This document shows, piece after piece, positions 16,870 through 27,247 of a DNA stretch of 52,371 nucleotides. Source of the stretch: a virus (lineage: Duplodnaviria; Caudoviricetes). A model generated the notes under the pieces. That model saw only the letters and a program-made list of their open reading frames with translations, was not told where the DNA came from and did no database searches. The stretch lies in IMG/VR virus record IMGVR_UViG_3300027749_000147, positions 1 to 52,371 of that record, one strand, 5' to 3'. Positions within the stretch are counted from its first letter, which is position 1. The number at the start of each line of letters is the position of its first letter. Both the position numbers and the translations under genes were made by a program.

Positions 16870-19800
16870 TTACTTGTAGTACGAGTATGTAACAGAGTAG
16901 TTAATTGCTCTATTGGATACGGTTCTATCATGGTTCAAAGTACCAATAGCGGTAGCGCTATCATCGTATACTGTAGTGGGTCCTGATATAGTTCCGTATG
17001 AGTAGAGCATAGCGGCTGTAGACTTCCAGAAACCTACGTAGTAAGTTGTTCCCGCAGTAACTGAAGCATTAACACTTGTAAACGTCTGTGTAGTTGGCGA
17101 TGCGTTACTAGCAACTGTCCTTGAACCTCCTTGGTAAATCCAGTTAGTTCCTGATGTAGCAGTTGTCCAGATAGATGGTTTGACTGTAGCGGTGACACCA
17201 CTTCCAGCAATATTCAAAGTCATAGAATCAATCTTGTAGTCTACTGCACCACTAATGTTAGGCACTGTAAAGGTAGACGCTGCTTCTTGACCAGCCGTTC
17301 CAGTTAATGTTCCAACACTTCCAGCTCCATTTGAGTTAAAGGTTACGGTGTACTTATCACGAATATTTATTGAGTACGAGCTAGTTGTGTTAGACAAGTA
17401 GTATTGTGACCCATCAAATATTCCACGTATGTAGGTGTAAGCTGTTGAAGCAGGTGTCCAAGGAATTTGAATTGCTCCGTTGACATCTGTGGTTGCGCTT
17501 CCAATAACTTCCCAAGTTGCTGAGGTTGAGTTATAGGCTTCAAATCTAACCGTTTCCCCAGATAAAGGTGTGTTTGACATTGGTAATGCTAGGTTTGCTT
17601 TGTAGTACATAGTGCTACCAATATTAAATGCGTACGATGTAACGTTAGAGCCATCTACAAGGTTTTGGGTAACTACTGGTTGTCCTTGGTAAATAGTGTA
17701 CACACCAGTGTATGTTGAAGGTTGGTAGGCATTGTAACCACTATAAGTTATGGTGTAAGGGTTGTTCTGTCCAGGATATCCAATGTTAGGAACAGACCAT
17801 GCGCCCGTGCTTGTATTAACTGAAGCATAAGTCGGAGATGATGACGTAAACGAAATACCAACAGTACCACCAGTAGGAACTGGTGTTATGGTACCCGACA
17901 TTGTTATTGTAGTTGGGTAAGTTACCATATTTGTAAACGATACAGTATCTATGCTTGTGTAAATAGGTTGTACTGGTGTAGTAGCCGACCAAATTGATGA
18001 TACTGCAGAATATCCTAAACCGTTTCTAGCAGATACTCGGTAGTAGTAAGTTGTGGTTTGAGACGCAGTTGTATCTGTGTATGTAACACCAGTAACAGTG
18101 CTTGATACAACAGTTAAACCTGTTGTAAACCCGCCATTAGTTGCTCGTTCAACCTTGTAGTCAATAACAGGGTTGTCAACACTATTTGTTGTTGAAGCAG
18201 TCCAACTTAAGTTAATCGTGTTGTAAGAAACAGCGGTAGCAGATAGCGGTGTAGGTGCAGTCGGTACAGCATACGTAGTGATTGATGCTGATGTGGATGG
18301 GCTAGATGTTAACTGACCATTGTTAGCAGTCAGTCTGTAGTAGTAAGAAGTTCCAGCAGATACTGTGGTATCAGTTACAGGCAATGTACTGCTTGTAGTT
18401 GTGTATGTCCAAGTACCGTTAGTAGTACCACGTTCAATTGTCCAAGTGCTAACGGATGGATTACTGATGTAAATAGGAACAGCAATATTTACTGAAGTAG
18501 TTGAAATGGAACTGTTAGTTAGTACTGGAGAGTTCATAGGAGACGTTACATAGTATGGCTGTGTTGAGTTACTTACTACGTATGCACTAAATAGCTGAGC
18601 ATTGTTTGCCCTAATTTGGTAACGGTAGTACGTCGAGTTAGACACAGCAGTATCAACATATGATGTACTTGTTGGGGTACCTATCGTAGACCATGAGCCC
18701 CAGGTTGCATTATCTGTAGAATTTGACCGTTGAAGGGTGTAGTTAGTAAGACTTGGGTTAGACGTAGGTTCGCTCCATGTAACAGTAATGCTATTAGCAG
18801 TACTTGCTGTAGGTGTAGCAGTAGGAGTTGTTGTATTAATATAAGACGGTAAAGTGCTTGTGCTGTATGGAGATGTGCCAAGACTATTAGTTGCGTATAC
18901 CCTGTAATAGTAAACACTATTACTTGTTCCAACAGTATCTGTGTACGATGTAGCAGAGCTACTCAAGGCAGTTGTAATAGTGGTCCATACAGAGCCGTTT
19001 GTTGAACGGTCAATTCCATAGTTAATTACAGGAGTATCTGGGTTAACAACAGTAGATGATGTCCAGTTAATAACTGTGTTAGATGTTGTAGCAATTCCAG
19101 AAACACTTGGTGCACTAGGAACAGAGTTAGTTGTTACTGCGTACGAAGCAACTGATGCAGCAGATGTTAGTTGACTGCTAGCACCTGTTAGCCTGTAGTA
19201 ATATGTAGTACCGCTAGAAACAGATGTATCAATAACAGGAAGTGCGTTGGTGCTAATTACTGTGGACCATCCACTAGTTCCATTAAGCGAGCGTTCAATT
19301 GTCCACGTTGTAACTGCTGGGTTGCTGACATAATTAACAGGTTGAATTGTTGGGTTTTTGTCTGTTGTGTTTCTAGTTACGTTAGGTGTAGACATAGGTG
19401 AACTAATGTAGTAAGGCTGGGTTACATTACTTACTGCAGGAATACTAGATACCTGTGCGTTATTTGCTGTCAGTTGGTACTTGTAGTATGTAGAACTTAA
19501 TGCAGTTGTTTCTGTGTAAGATGTTGCAGTTGGTGATGATAGAGACAGTGGTGCTGACCAAGATGACCAATTAATATTATCTGTAGATGTAGCTCTTAGT
19601 AGTGTGTAAGAACTTAAAGCTGGGTTAGATGATGGAGCAGACCAAGTAACACTTAACTGGTTAGCAGTGCTAGCTATTGGGCTAACAGTAGGTGTAACTG
19701 TTGCCACGTAGTAATCTTGAACTCCAGTACTTGCTGTAGATGAACCAATACCATTTACTGCAGTAACTCTGTAGTAATAAGATGCGCTGCTATTAACAGA

Positions 19801-21252
19801 TGTATCTGTGTAGGATGTGGCATTTCCACTTACTGCAGTTGTAACGGTTGTCCACGTAGCATTGTCAGATGAGCGCTCAATAGTGTAGTTAACAACAGGG
19901 GTTGCCGCATTAGTAACTGTTGCTGCAGTCCAGTAAACAGTTACGCTAGATGCTCCTGCTAATGAGTAAACTCCAGTAGGAGCATTAGGAACAGAGTAAG
20001 TTTTAATACCGATAGATGATGCAGAAGTTGCAACTACCTCACCATTATCTGCCGTAATTCTGTAATAGTAGGTAGTGTTCTGTGAAACAGATGAATTAAC
20101 ATACGGTAGAGATGGTGTAGACGCAGTAAGTACAGACCAACTTCCAACACCAGTAAGTGAGCGTTCTACCTTCCATGATGTAACTGGAGGGTTACTGCTA
20201 TATGAGTCTGATGCTACTGATATGTCAACAGTTGAAGTAGAAACATAACTAGGTAATGCAACAGGTGTTGTCAAGAAATTAGCCGTTGTAGGAGCGCTCT
20301 GGTTGTATGGGTTGTATACAATTCCGTTGTATGCTCTAACTTGGTACTTGTAATATGTTCCAACAATAGTTGCTGTAGTATCATCATAAGTAAGTGTTGT
20401 ACCAGATACGTTAGTTAAATCTGACCAACTACCAAAGTTAATATTATCTGTTGATGTTGCTCGTTGTATGTAATAGTACGTAAGTGATGGCGCTGCAACA
20501 GCAGGTGCTTCCCAGGTTATTCTAATTGTTCCCGATACACCAGACTTAGCAGTAGCGGTAACTGGTCCCATAGAACTAATAGTTGGGTCAGGTCGTACCG
20601 ACTCAGATACTTCCTTAGAACCGACAGCATTGCTTGCTGTAATTGTGTATGTGTATTGGTTGTTAGCAACAAGGTTAGAAACAGTAGTAGAACCAACTGA
20701 AGTAGTAGCACCAGATGTCAGTGTCACCGTACCAAATACAGATACCTGAGTAAGTGTAAATGAAACTGTTGGGTTAGAAGAACCTATTGATGACCAGTTA
20801 ACTGTAACAATGCCATTACCTGATGAGTTGTATGTAATAGCGGATAAATTCAAAGATGGGGTTGTGTCTAAGTAGTATGGCAATGCCTTAACAGGAGCAG
20901 GCGTTCCATAACGAACCCTGTTCTGATTAGCCCAACTATTAGTAACCCACGCGGTTGCAGTAGACGTAACGGTAGGTGCTGTAGTTGAGATAGTTGTACT
21001 AACAAATTGACCTGTAGTAGAACTAATTACATCTGGCACGTATGCAGTAAACCCAGTTGCAGTAATACTACCAATCAATGCACCAGTAAGGTTTGCTGCG
21101 GTATTACCAGTAAGACCAGTAATGGTAACTGATTGACCAGGTTTAAAATTATGCGTGTCCTGTGTGTTGTAAAGAACAGCTTTACCATCAGGTCTAATGG
21201 AAACAGATGCGACTACACCAGCAAGTGTTGCCGCTTCAACTGAGTTACGCAT
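16870..21252 (-). CDS. large tail/baseplate-associated fibre with 10 fibronectin type III domains, Ig-like domains and a C-terminal jelly-roll domain
   Basis: Ten W...Y.IER...YTD...TYYYRV.A.N motifs; follows the baseplate genes. Confidence 0.85.
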   Translation of the reverse strand: MRNSVEAATLAGVVASVSIRPDGKAVLYNTQDTHNFKPGQSVTITGLTGNTAANLTGALIGSITATGFTAYVPDVISSTTGQFVSTTISTTAPTVTSTATAWVTNSWANQNRVRYGTPAPVKALPYYLDTTPSLNLSAITYNSSGNGIVTVNWSSIGSSNPTVSFTLTQVSVFGTVTLTSGATTSVGSTTVSNLVANNQYTYTITASNAVGSKEVSESVRPDPTISSMGPVTATAKSGVSGTIRITWEAPAVAAPSLTYYYIQRATSTDNINFGSWSDLTNVSGTTLTYDDTTATIVGTYYKYQVRAYNGIVYNPYNQSAPTTANFLTTPVALPSYVSTSTVDISVASDSYSSNPPVTSWKVERSLTGVGSWSVLTASTPSLPYVNSSVSQNTTYYYRITADNGEVVATSASSIGIKTYSVPNAPTGVYSLAGASSVTVYWTAATVTNAATPVVNYTIERSSDNATWTTVTTAVSGNATSYTDTSVNSSASYYYRVTAVNGIGSSTASTGVQDYYVATVTPTVSPIASTANQLSVTWSAPSSNPALSSYTLLRATSTDNINWSSWSAPLSLSSPTATSYTETTALSSTYYKYQLTANNAQVSSIPAVSNVTQPYYISSPMSTPNVTRNTTDKNPTIQPVNYVSNPAVTTWTIERSLNGTSGWSTVISTNALPVIDTSVSSGTTYYYRLTGASSQLTSAASVASYAVTTNSVPSAPSVSGIATTSNTVINWTSSTVVNPDTPVINYGIDRSTNGSVWTTITTALSSSATSYTDTVGTSNSVYYYRVYATNSLGTSPYSTSTLPSYINTTTPTATPTASTANSITVTWSEPTSNPSLTNYTLQRSNSTDNATWGSWSTIGTPTSTSYVDTAVSNSTYYRYQIRANNAQLFSAYVVSNSTQPYYVTSPMNSPVLTNSSISTTSVNIAVPIYISNPSVSTWTIERGTTNGTWTYTTTSSTLPVTDTTVSAGTSYYYRLTANNGQLTSSPSTSASITTYAVPTAPTPLSATAVSYNTINLSWTASTTNSVDNPVIDYKVERATNGGFTTGLTVVSSTVTGVTYTDTTASQTTTYYYRVSARNGLGYSAVSSIWSATTPVQPIYTSIDTVSFTNMVTYPTTITMSGTITPVPTGGTVGISFTSSSPTYASVNTSTGAWSVPNIGYPGQNNPYTITYSGYNAYQPSTYTGVYTIYQGQPVVTQNLVDGSNVTSYAFNIGSTMYYKANLALPMSNTPLSGETVRFEAYNSTSATWEVIGSATTDVNGAIQIPWTPASTAYTYIRGIFDGSQYYLSNTTSSYSINIRDKYTVTFNSNGAGSVGTLTGTAGQEAASTFTVPNISGAVDYKIDSMTLNIAGSGVTATVKPSIWTTATSGTNWIYQGGSRTVASNASPTTQTFTSVNASVTAGTTYYVGFWKSTAAMLYSYGTISGPTTVYDDSATAIGTLNHDRTVSNRAINYSVTYSYYK

Positions 21253-24200
21253 AATATAAACCGTCCGTAATTATTGATTTAAGTCTTCCAGCATTTGCTA
21301 CACGGTTGGTGTAATAATGACTTCTACAGGCATTAGGAATACCATTATATTCCCACATAGAGTCAATAGTCCCAGTATTGTCTGCGTAATTGTATCCATC
21401 AAACGAACCATCAAAGTAAGGTTTTACAGACGAACCGTATTCAAATAACACATCGTCAATGTAATGAATCTCCGTAGCTACTGGTGAAGCTATAAGTATG
21501 TTTAATGTTGCAGAGTAAGCGCCTGGAGGAACAGTTACGATTAACGAGTGTCTAGTCCAAGACCCAACAGTATTTGTAGATGCTGTACCAGTAGTTACGT
21601 CACCAGTAGACCATACTATTTTTGGGGTAATGCTTCTTGCTGTAGCATTAGCATATGTATAAAACGAGAATGTGTAATACACGCTTTGGTCTACAGTACT
21701 AGGAGGCTCCACAACAAATGCTGTATTAGTACTGGTAATTGTTCCACCACTAATTGTGCCAGCATACGCAGTCATAGTAATAGTACTTGTAGAACTTGCA
21801 ACAACTTTTAATGCTCTAGGTCCAGAAATAGATTGAGAAGTTGTGCTAGAAATAGCGGCATTAGTTGCGTACCAGAACTGAGTTCCAGTATTGTTAACAC
21901 CACTAACAGTTCCTACTTCAAATGATGGGTTAGTAATTAAATTAATTCTATTAGCAATTACATCAATATAATTTATTTTAACATCTTCAAAAAATGTATT
22001 TGATGACACAAGTCCACCAGTTGCAGCAACAGCAGATGCTTGAGTTGCCGTAGATGTAGAAGGGATGGTGTATCTAACAGAGTTAACACTAGGAACAGAT
22101 GAGATAACGTAAGGTCCACCGTCATATGGAGCGCCTAAACCTGTTACTGAAACATAATTAGTACCACTAGCAGTATCAGTAGCAGTAAAGTTGTGCGAAC
22201 CTGAAGTAACTAATTCTATAGATGTGCTAGTTAATAACTGTTTTGATACTACATTTATACCGTGTTCAAACTGAACAGCATCAAGATACATAGGAATAGT
22301 AGTTGCATTAATACCAGTTATAGAAATCTGCGGCTCAGCATAGGAAGCATTAGGTGGGGCTACTGCTGTAACTTTTGCTGGCAACCAGGTTGAGCTGCCT
22401 GTTGAAATACTTAAAACAGTTCCAGTGCTGGTGCTAATAACAGTTCCGTGAATATCGTACCAGTTTAAAGATACTGTTACGGTAGGAGTGGCAGTTGCCC
22501 CACCTAAATTTGCATAGGTACTAAATGAGTAGGGTTTGTTTTCTTCAACTATAATCCGTGCAGTATTAGCCCCAGTTTTATCAGAGTTACTTGCACTAAA
22601 CCATAACTCAGTACCTGAAGCAATACTTGCAGTAGTGTTTGCAGAAAGTGTGATAATTGATGTACCAGAGTTAACAGCCGTTACATGTGTACCAAATGGA
22701 ATACCTGTTCCCAGTACATAATCATTAATTGCTGGTATAGTTCCAGACTTCATTGTTATAGTAGTAGCACCAGAAGAAGCAAGTGCTGTTGTCTTTAGTC
22801 TCTTAGGACCTAGGTAAAACTTAGCGGTAGTACCACCACTACCAGCAAGTACCTTTGCCATACCAGTAACTAGATTGTACGAGGCTTTAATTGTCGCAGA
22901 TGATAGTGCTGCTGATGGTGAGCGATTAACTCTAAACGTTGTAGAGGACAAAACTGCAGTAACAGCAGTACCAGGGCTAAATGCACCTGTTCCACTAGAT
23001 ACAGATACTATTGCTCCTGGTTGTAAGTTTGCAGTACTAGAAACAGTAATGGTAGTGCCAGAACCAGACGCACTGTACATAACAAGACCTTGACCACCGC
23101 TATAGGCGCTATCAGTAAAGGCGGCAATAGAACCATCAATTGGTCCAACAGAGTTTATAGTTGGGTAAACAGTTTGGTCAGTAGTTGGGTACCAGTACCC
23201 AGTACCATCTTCAAATGATGCTGAGTTATACTCGTGCATATAGTTTCTACCCTGAGTAGACGTAGAGTTATAACCAGTGTAAGCCTCAATAAGAGTGCTT
23301 AACCCCGCTTTAGAACCAGCTGTTTGAAAGATTCTAATTATGTTATTTAGAAGTATGCGAGCCTGTGCTACATCATTAACGTCTTTATAGTCTCCACCAA
23401 ATTGCTTAAGAAGCATCTTAATTAGTGTTTCATCAGCTTTAAGAGTGTTAGTCATATAAAAAACATCAGTAGCCTGTGTCTTATAGATATCTAATTGGAA
23501 GGCAAATACTTTTAAGAAGTCTAGTAAGTCGTTAACTACAACTGACTGACCGTTCTTTATAACTGTTTGGTAACTTCCAGAAATGTAGTATTTGGGTAGA
23601 TGGTTAGCAAGAAGGGTTGCTGTTCCAGTGTCTTTAATTAATACCGAAGAGCCTTCAGCAACCTTGTTCCAGTAATAATCTGAAGGTACTAAAGAACCAG
23701 TAGTTAAACTGTAATTTATAAATAAAGAATAAAAAACTCTATCTGCTTTTACGGAAGATGTAGCAGCAGTAGTAGTTGGGTTAGTAGTTGTTGCAGTGCT
23801 ACCAACTGTGTCGTAAACGTGATACCTAGCCGTGGTTCCGTAACTATTAGGCTCAGACGTATCTGCTGTAGTACCCAAAGAATAACTAGGGATAGCTACA
23901 TAATCGTCTACTGCAAACCCAGAGCCACCAGATGCAATAGTTACAGTTCCGCCAGTTGATACGTTAAAAGCCGAGTTTTTACCAACAGATGAGTTTACAG
24001 ACACACCAGCAATATTAGATGCAGTTACTGATGGGGCAGTCCCAGAGATGCTAGTAGTTATAGTTTTAATACCAGCAGATGCGGACGCACCAACCGCGCT
24101 TACAACAACGGTTATATCAGTTGCAGCTCCACCACCAATATTAGCAGCAGCTAATGTTAAAGAGTTTCCTGCCGTGTACCCTTCACCAGAGCAACTAAGA

Positions 24201-24610
24201 GTTACAGATACTACAGCACCAGTGCCCCCAGCACCCTTACCAGCCCTTACAACATTAAAGGTAGCGCCGTTTCCAGAGCCACCCGTTGCTGGAACATTGT
24301 AGAAGTTCTTGTAGTCAACGCTATCTGCATAAGCAATAGTTCCACCACCGCTATAAGTGAAAGTTGAAACTGGATTTGCCCCATACACACTGGCTACTTT
24401 AACTACATAGTTTTTATTAGTAATATCATAAACGGTATCACCGTCATAAATGTTTTGCGGGTACCCAGTGTACTTACGCACAAGTCTAGCCTTATACCAA
24501 ATAACTTTATCTGGCACGTTGCTTATTCCTACATGCGTAACACCATAATTGTTAGGACGTGCAGATATAGTAGACTTTAGTGCGGAAGAGATAGCTGAAG
24601 GTACTGCCAT
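21245..24610 (-). CDS. baseplate wedge / tail protein (P2 gpI-like core) with carbohydrate-binding-like and repeat insertions
   Basis: DFLKVFAFQLD...R.LL.N...IFQ.AGS..GL..LIEAYTG core; two N.SFE...W CBM-like modules; follows baseplate J. Confidence 0.75.
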   Translation of the reverse strand: MAVPSAISSALKSTISARPNNYGVTHVGISNVPDKVIWYKARLVRKYTGYPQNIYDGDTVYDITNKNYVVKVASVYGANPVSTFTYSGGGTIAYADSVDYKNFYNVPATGGSGNGATFNVVRAGKGAGGTGAVVSVTLSCSGEGYTAGNSLTLAAANIGGGAATDITVVVSAVGASASAGIKTITTSISGTAPSVTASNIAGVSVNSSVGKNSAFNVSTGGTVTIASGGSGFAVDDYVAIPSYSLGTTADTSEPNSYGTTARYHVYDTVGSTATTTNPTTTAATSSVKADRVFYSLFINYSLTTGSLVPSDYYWNKVAEGSSVLIKDTGTATLLANHLPKYYISGSYQTVIKNGQSVVVNDLLDFLKVFAFQLDIYKTQATDVFYMTNTLKADETLIKMLLKQFGGDYKDVNDVAQARILLNNIIRIFQTAGSKAGLSTLIEAYTGYNSTSTQGRNYMHEYNSASFEDGTGYWYPTTDQTVYPTINSVGPIDGSIAAFTDSAYSGGQGLVMYSASGSGTTITVSSTANLQPGAIVSVSSGTGAFSPGTAVTAVLSSTTFRVNRSPSAALSSATIKASYNLVTGMAKVLAGSGGTTAKFYLGPKRLKTTALASSGATTITMKSGTIPAINDYVLGTGIPFGTHVTAVNSGTSIITLSANTTASIASGTELWFSASNSDKTGANTARIIVEENKPYSFSTYANLGGATATPTVTVSLNWYDIHGTVISTSTGTVLSISTGSSTWLPAKVTAVAPPNASYAEPQISITGINATTIPMYLDAVQFEHGINVVSKQLLTSTSIELVTSGSHNFTATDTASGTNYVSVTGLGAPYDGGPYVISSVPSVNSVRYTIPSTSTATQASAVAATGGLVSSNTFFEDVKINYIDVIANRINLITNPSFEVGTVSGVNNTGTQFWYATNAAISSTTSQSISGPRALKVVASSTSTITMTAYAGTISGGTITSTNTAFVVEPPSTVDQSVYYTFSFYTYANATARSITPKIVWSTGDVTTGTASTNTVGSWTRHSLIVTVPPGAYSATLNILIASPVATEIHYIDDVLFEYGSSVKPYFDGSFDGYNYADNTGTIDSMWEYNGIPNACRSHYYTNRVANAGRLKSIITDGLYYA

Positions 24611-26091
24611 TAGCTAATGCCACCTGCTGTAGTAACTTTGATGTATGTAGGCTCAAGAATAGGAACCTCATCAATATTACAGGATAAGTCTGTTACACCC
24701 CCAGCAAGTGTAGGAGATGCGACTACTGTGTATTGCTTTTCGTATCCTGTGATAGTTACGTACGATACACCATCTACACTCTTACACGCAGAGTAGATAT
24801 CACCCTGAGTAATAACGTCGTTGAACACAACATTTTCAAAATTAAATAAGTCGTAAATAGAATTAGTTACTGCATCTTTTACAATATTAGGGTCATATTG
24901 TGGAAGAACATTTACTGTAACTGCTAGGTATGGGTACGCAGCAGTAAAGTCTTTAATAGCAATACTTGTATTAGGTGGAATTTTATCCGATAAGTATTTG
25001 TAGACATTATTCTTTAATGTAGTTCCAGATGCGTAGCCACCAGCAGCAGCTATAAAAATAGTTACTTGTGTGTAGACACTAGCGGCTGCAACTGCTTTAG
25101 CTATACCATTTACCTGAACAGCAAGTTGTGCATAGTCTTTTAATGTAACTGCTCTATTTAAAGACCGTAGTGCTAGTGGGGCGTTTACTCTAACAGAGTC
25201 AGTTGATTCCGCATCAGCACCTCCACTAAATGCAGCAGCGTTATTTACCTGTAAATCATTAACAGGTTGACCGTCCTTATCGCTAACAACAATAGTAAGG
25301 GTGTTAGCAAGGATGTTACCTAGACTTCCAGGAGTAGTTGTACATCTGTATGAAGTAGAAATAGTTTGACCAGAAGCAGGAATTCTACCTGAGATTCCAT
25401 CACCAAACTGAATATATGTTACACCTGTTCCGTCTGTGTAACCAGAAAACACTGGGTCATCGGCATTGTAGTCTAAGATATGCTCTACTTTTTGGTACGC
25501 TACATTACCAGCCGTAACAGAAATAGAATTTCCAGTTAAAACTCCAGAGTTAAGTAATGTAAATTCTTGGTAAGCACTACCATTAGATGTTCCAATTGTT
25601 TCCCCAGAAACTGTAATACCTTGAGTCACTGTTCCAGTTGCTGTTCCATAAGTAGAACCAACTGCTGCTGCAATGTTTACATCGCTGTCTAACTCAAAAG
25701 TAATCTCTGTGTTAGTACCATCCGCTGTTGTAGAAAATAACGTTCCACTTTTAATAGTAACTGCACTTGTAGATGAGTTAGTAAGAAGCACACTACCGCT
25801 TGATGGGGAGATGTCATTAGGCGTGTAGTTCAGCAGCTGTGCAAGTCTTAGTACAGTTTCTCGCTGAGTTGATGTATCAATAAATGATTCATTAGCAGCA
25901 CGGTCAATGTAATAATTAAGAAGGTCGCCCATATAAGCGAACAGTTCTACTAAAACAATACCAAAATCTGTAGCATCTCTAGATACCCATTGTGGAGCAA
26001 AGTTAGGAATTAATGCTTTAATGTCATCGCTAATAGATTGGAAATCTCTAGACGTGTAGTCTACTTGCGGTACATATAGTTCGTCAGCCAT
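24610..26091 (-). CDS. baseplate J / gp6-like wedge protein
   Basis: VDYTSRDF, DFGIVLVELFAY, QFGDG..GRIP, GGADAES and RAVT..DY. Confidence 0.92.
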   Translation of the reverse strand: MADELYVPQVDYTSRDFQSISDDIKALIPNFAPQWVSRDATDFGIVLVELFAYMGDLLNYYIDRAANESFIDTSTQRETVLRLAQLLNYTPNDISPSSGSVLLTNSSTSAVTIKSGTLFSTTADGTNTEITFELDSDVNIAAAVGSTYGTATGTVTQGITVSGETIGTSNGSAYQEFTLLNSGVLTGNSISVTAGNVAYQKVEHILDYNADDPVFSGYTDGTGVTYIQFGDGISGRIPASGQTISTSYRCTTTPGSLGNILANTLTIVVSDKDGQPVNDLQVNNAAAFSGGADAESTDSVRVNAPLALRSLNRAVTLKDYAQLAVQVNGIAKAVAAASVYTQVTIFIAAAGGYASGTTLKNNVYKYLSDKIPPNTSIAIKDFTAAYPYLAVTVNVLPQYDPNIVKDAVTNSIYDLFNFENVVFNDVITQGDIYSACKSVDGVSYVTITGYEKQYTVVASPTLAGGVTDLSCNIDEVPILEPTYIKVTTAGGIS

Positions 26092-26525
26092 TATAGAACC
26101 TCGATTATTTCTCCAGCTGGGGTAAGTGATTCATTAACTATTTTAACAGAATCTACCTCTCCAGTCGGAACTTGATAGATAATATTTAGAGATATAGTAG
26201 CTAAGCTCTCGTCATAAAAAGCTTGAATATCTCTAAGCGTTAGCTCTGGTGCCCATATTACAAATGCGTCAGATATTGCTTCTTTAGCCGAAAGAATGGC
26301 TTCAGTATTTCCCTCAAATAGTAATGAATTTACATTTGCTCCAAAACTATGGTACCAAATACGCTCATCTATATCTATGGATAGTAGGCTCAACACCTTA
26401 TTTCTCCATACTTTATGGTCTGTATCAGCAATGAATCCGACCCTACCAGTAGAACTGATATCAAACGGGAGGTCAATCATTGTTGTGTTTAGTGGTAAAT
26501 TACCACCTGTACCAAATGTAGCCAT
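26091..26525 (-). CDS. gp25/GpW-like baseplate protein
   Basis: LPF.I...G, ERI....FG...LLFE and W.PE; TAATG start at 26525. Confidence 0.85.
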   Translation of the reverse strand: MATFGTGGNLPLNTTMIDLPFDISSTGRVGFIADTDHKVWRNKVLSLLSIDIDERIWYHSFGANVNSLLFEGNTEAILSAKEAISDAFVIWAPELTLRDIQAFYDESLATISLNIIYQVPTGEVDSVKIVNESLTPAGEIIEVL

Positions 26526-27247
26526 TAGAACGCTCCTAGCCATAGTGGGAAATTAGGGTCTCCGCCTTCAAACATTACCCAGCAACCATCTCCAGGTATA
26601 GGCAAAAATCCTCCAACAAGAGTCGCAGTTACTGTAAATGAAGGGGTTGCTGGGACTACTGCGTCTGCAGATTCAGCAAGGAATTGGATATGAGTGTCTG
26701 TTCCTCGCCACCAAAACTCTAGATAGTCATTAGCTTTAACAGTTAGTACATAGTTCCAAGAAATAATTTGAGGGGTAGCATTAGCGTCACCACTAATAGA
26801 TATGCTGCCGTTGCTGTTTAAAACATTTTGAGCTGGCAAACTTCCATTTAGCTTAACCCAAACATCCGCAGTATCGTTTCCCTTGTTAGTTCTTTGCAAC
26901 TGAGCCGAAAACTGAATGTTATATGTTCCAGCAGCGGCAAACGTAAGCTTTGAGCCATCCATAATAGAAACTCTAAAAGCTTCTTCTGTTGTGTTAATGG
27001 TTACTACTTGAGGAGTATTAACTGCCGCAATGTTTTGAGTAGTTGAGTCACTAAAAGAACCATAAGGAGCTTTTTTATTTTCAGGCACACCAATAATAGG
27101 AAATGCCCAATTAGTTACGGCAGTTCCAAGAATCTGTGGAACTTGTAATTTAATGCGGTTTAAGTTTTCTGGGTCGTTAGTATCTATAACAACTCCACGG
27201 TAAATGCCGTAGAATCGTTTATCCCAGTTATCTAAATTAGCGTACAC
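26525..27247 (-). CDS. Gp5/baseplate assembly V OB-fold protein with an inserted C1q-like domain
   Basis: FYGIYRGVV.D..DP....RIK.QVP...WA.P and P..GD..WVMFEGGDP.FPLWLG halves are separated by an insert of about 155 aa. Confidence 0.85.
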   Translation of the reverse strand: MYANLDNWDKRFYGIYRGVVIDTNDPENLNRIKLQVPQILGTAVTNWAFPIIGVPENKKAPYGSFSDSTTQNIAAVNTPQVVTINTTEEAFRVSIMDGSKLTFAAAGTYNIQFSAQLQRTNKGNDTADVWVKLNGSLPAQNVLNSNGSISISGDANATPQIISWNYVLTVKANDYLEFWWRGTDTHIQFLAESADAVVPATPSFTVTATLVGGFLPIPGDGCWVMFEGGDPNFPLWLGAF

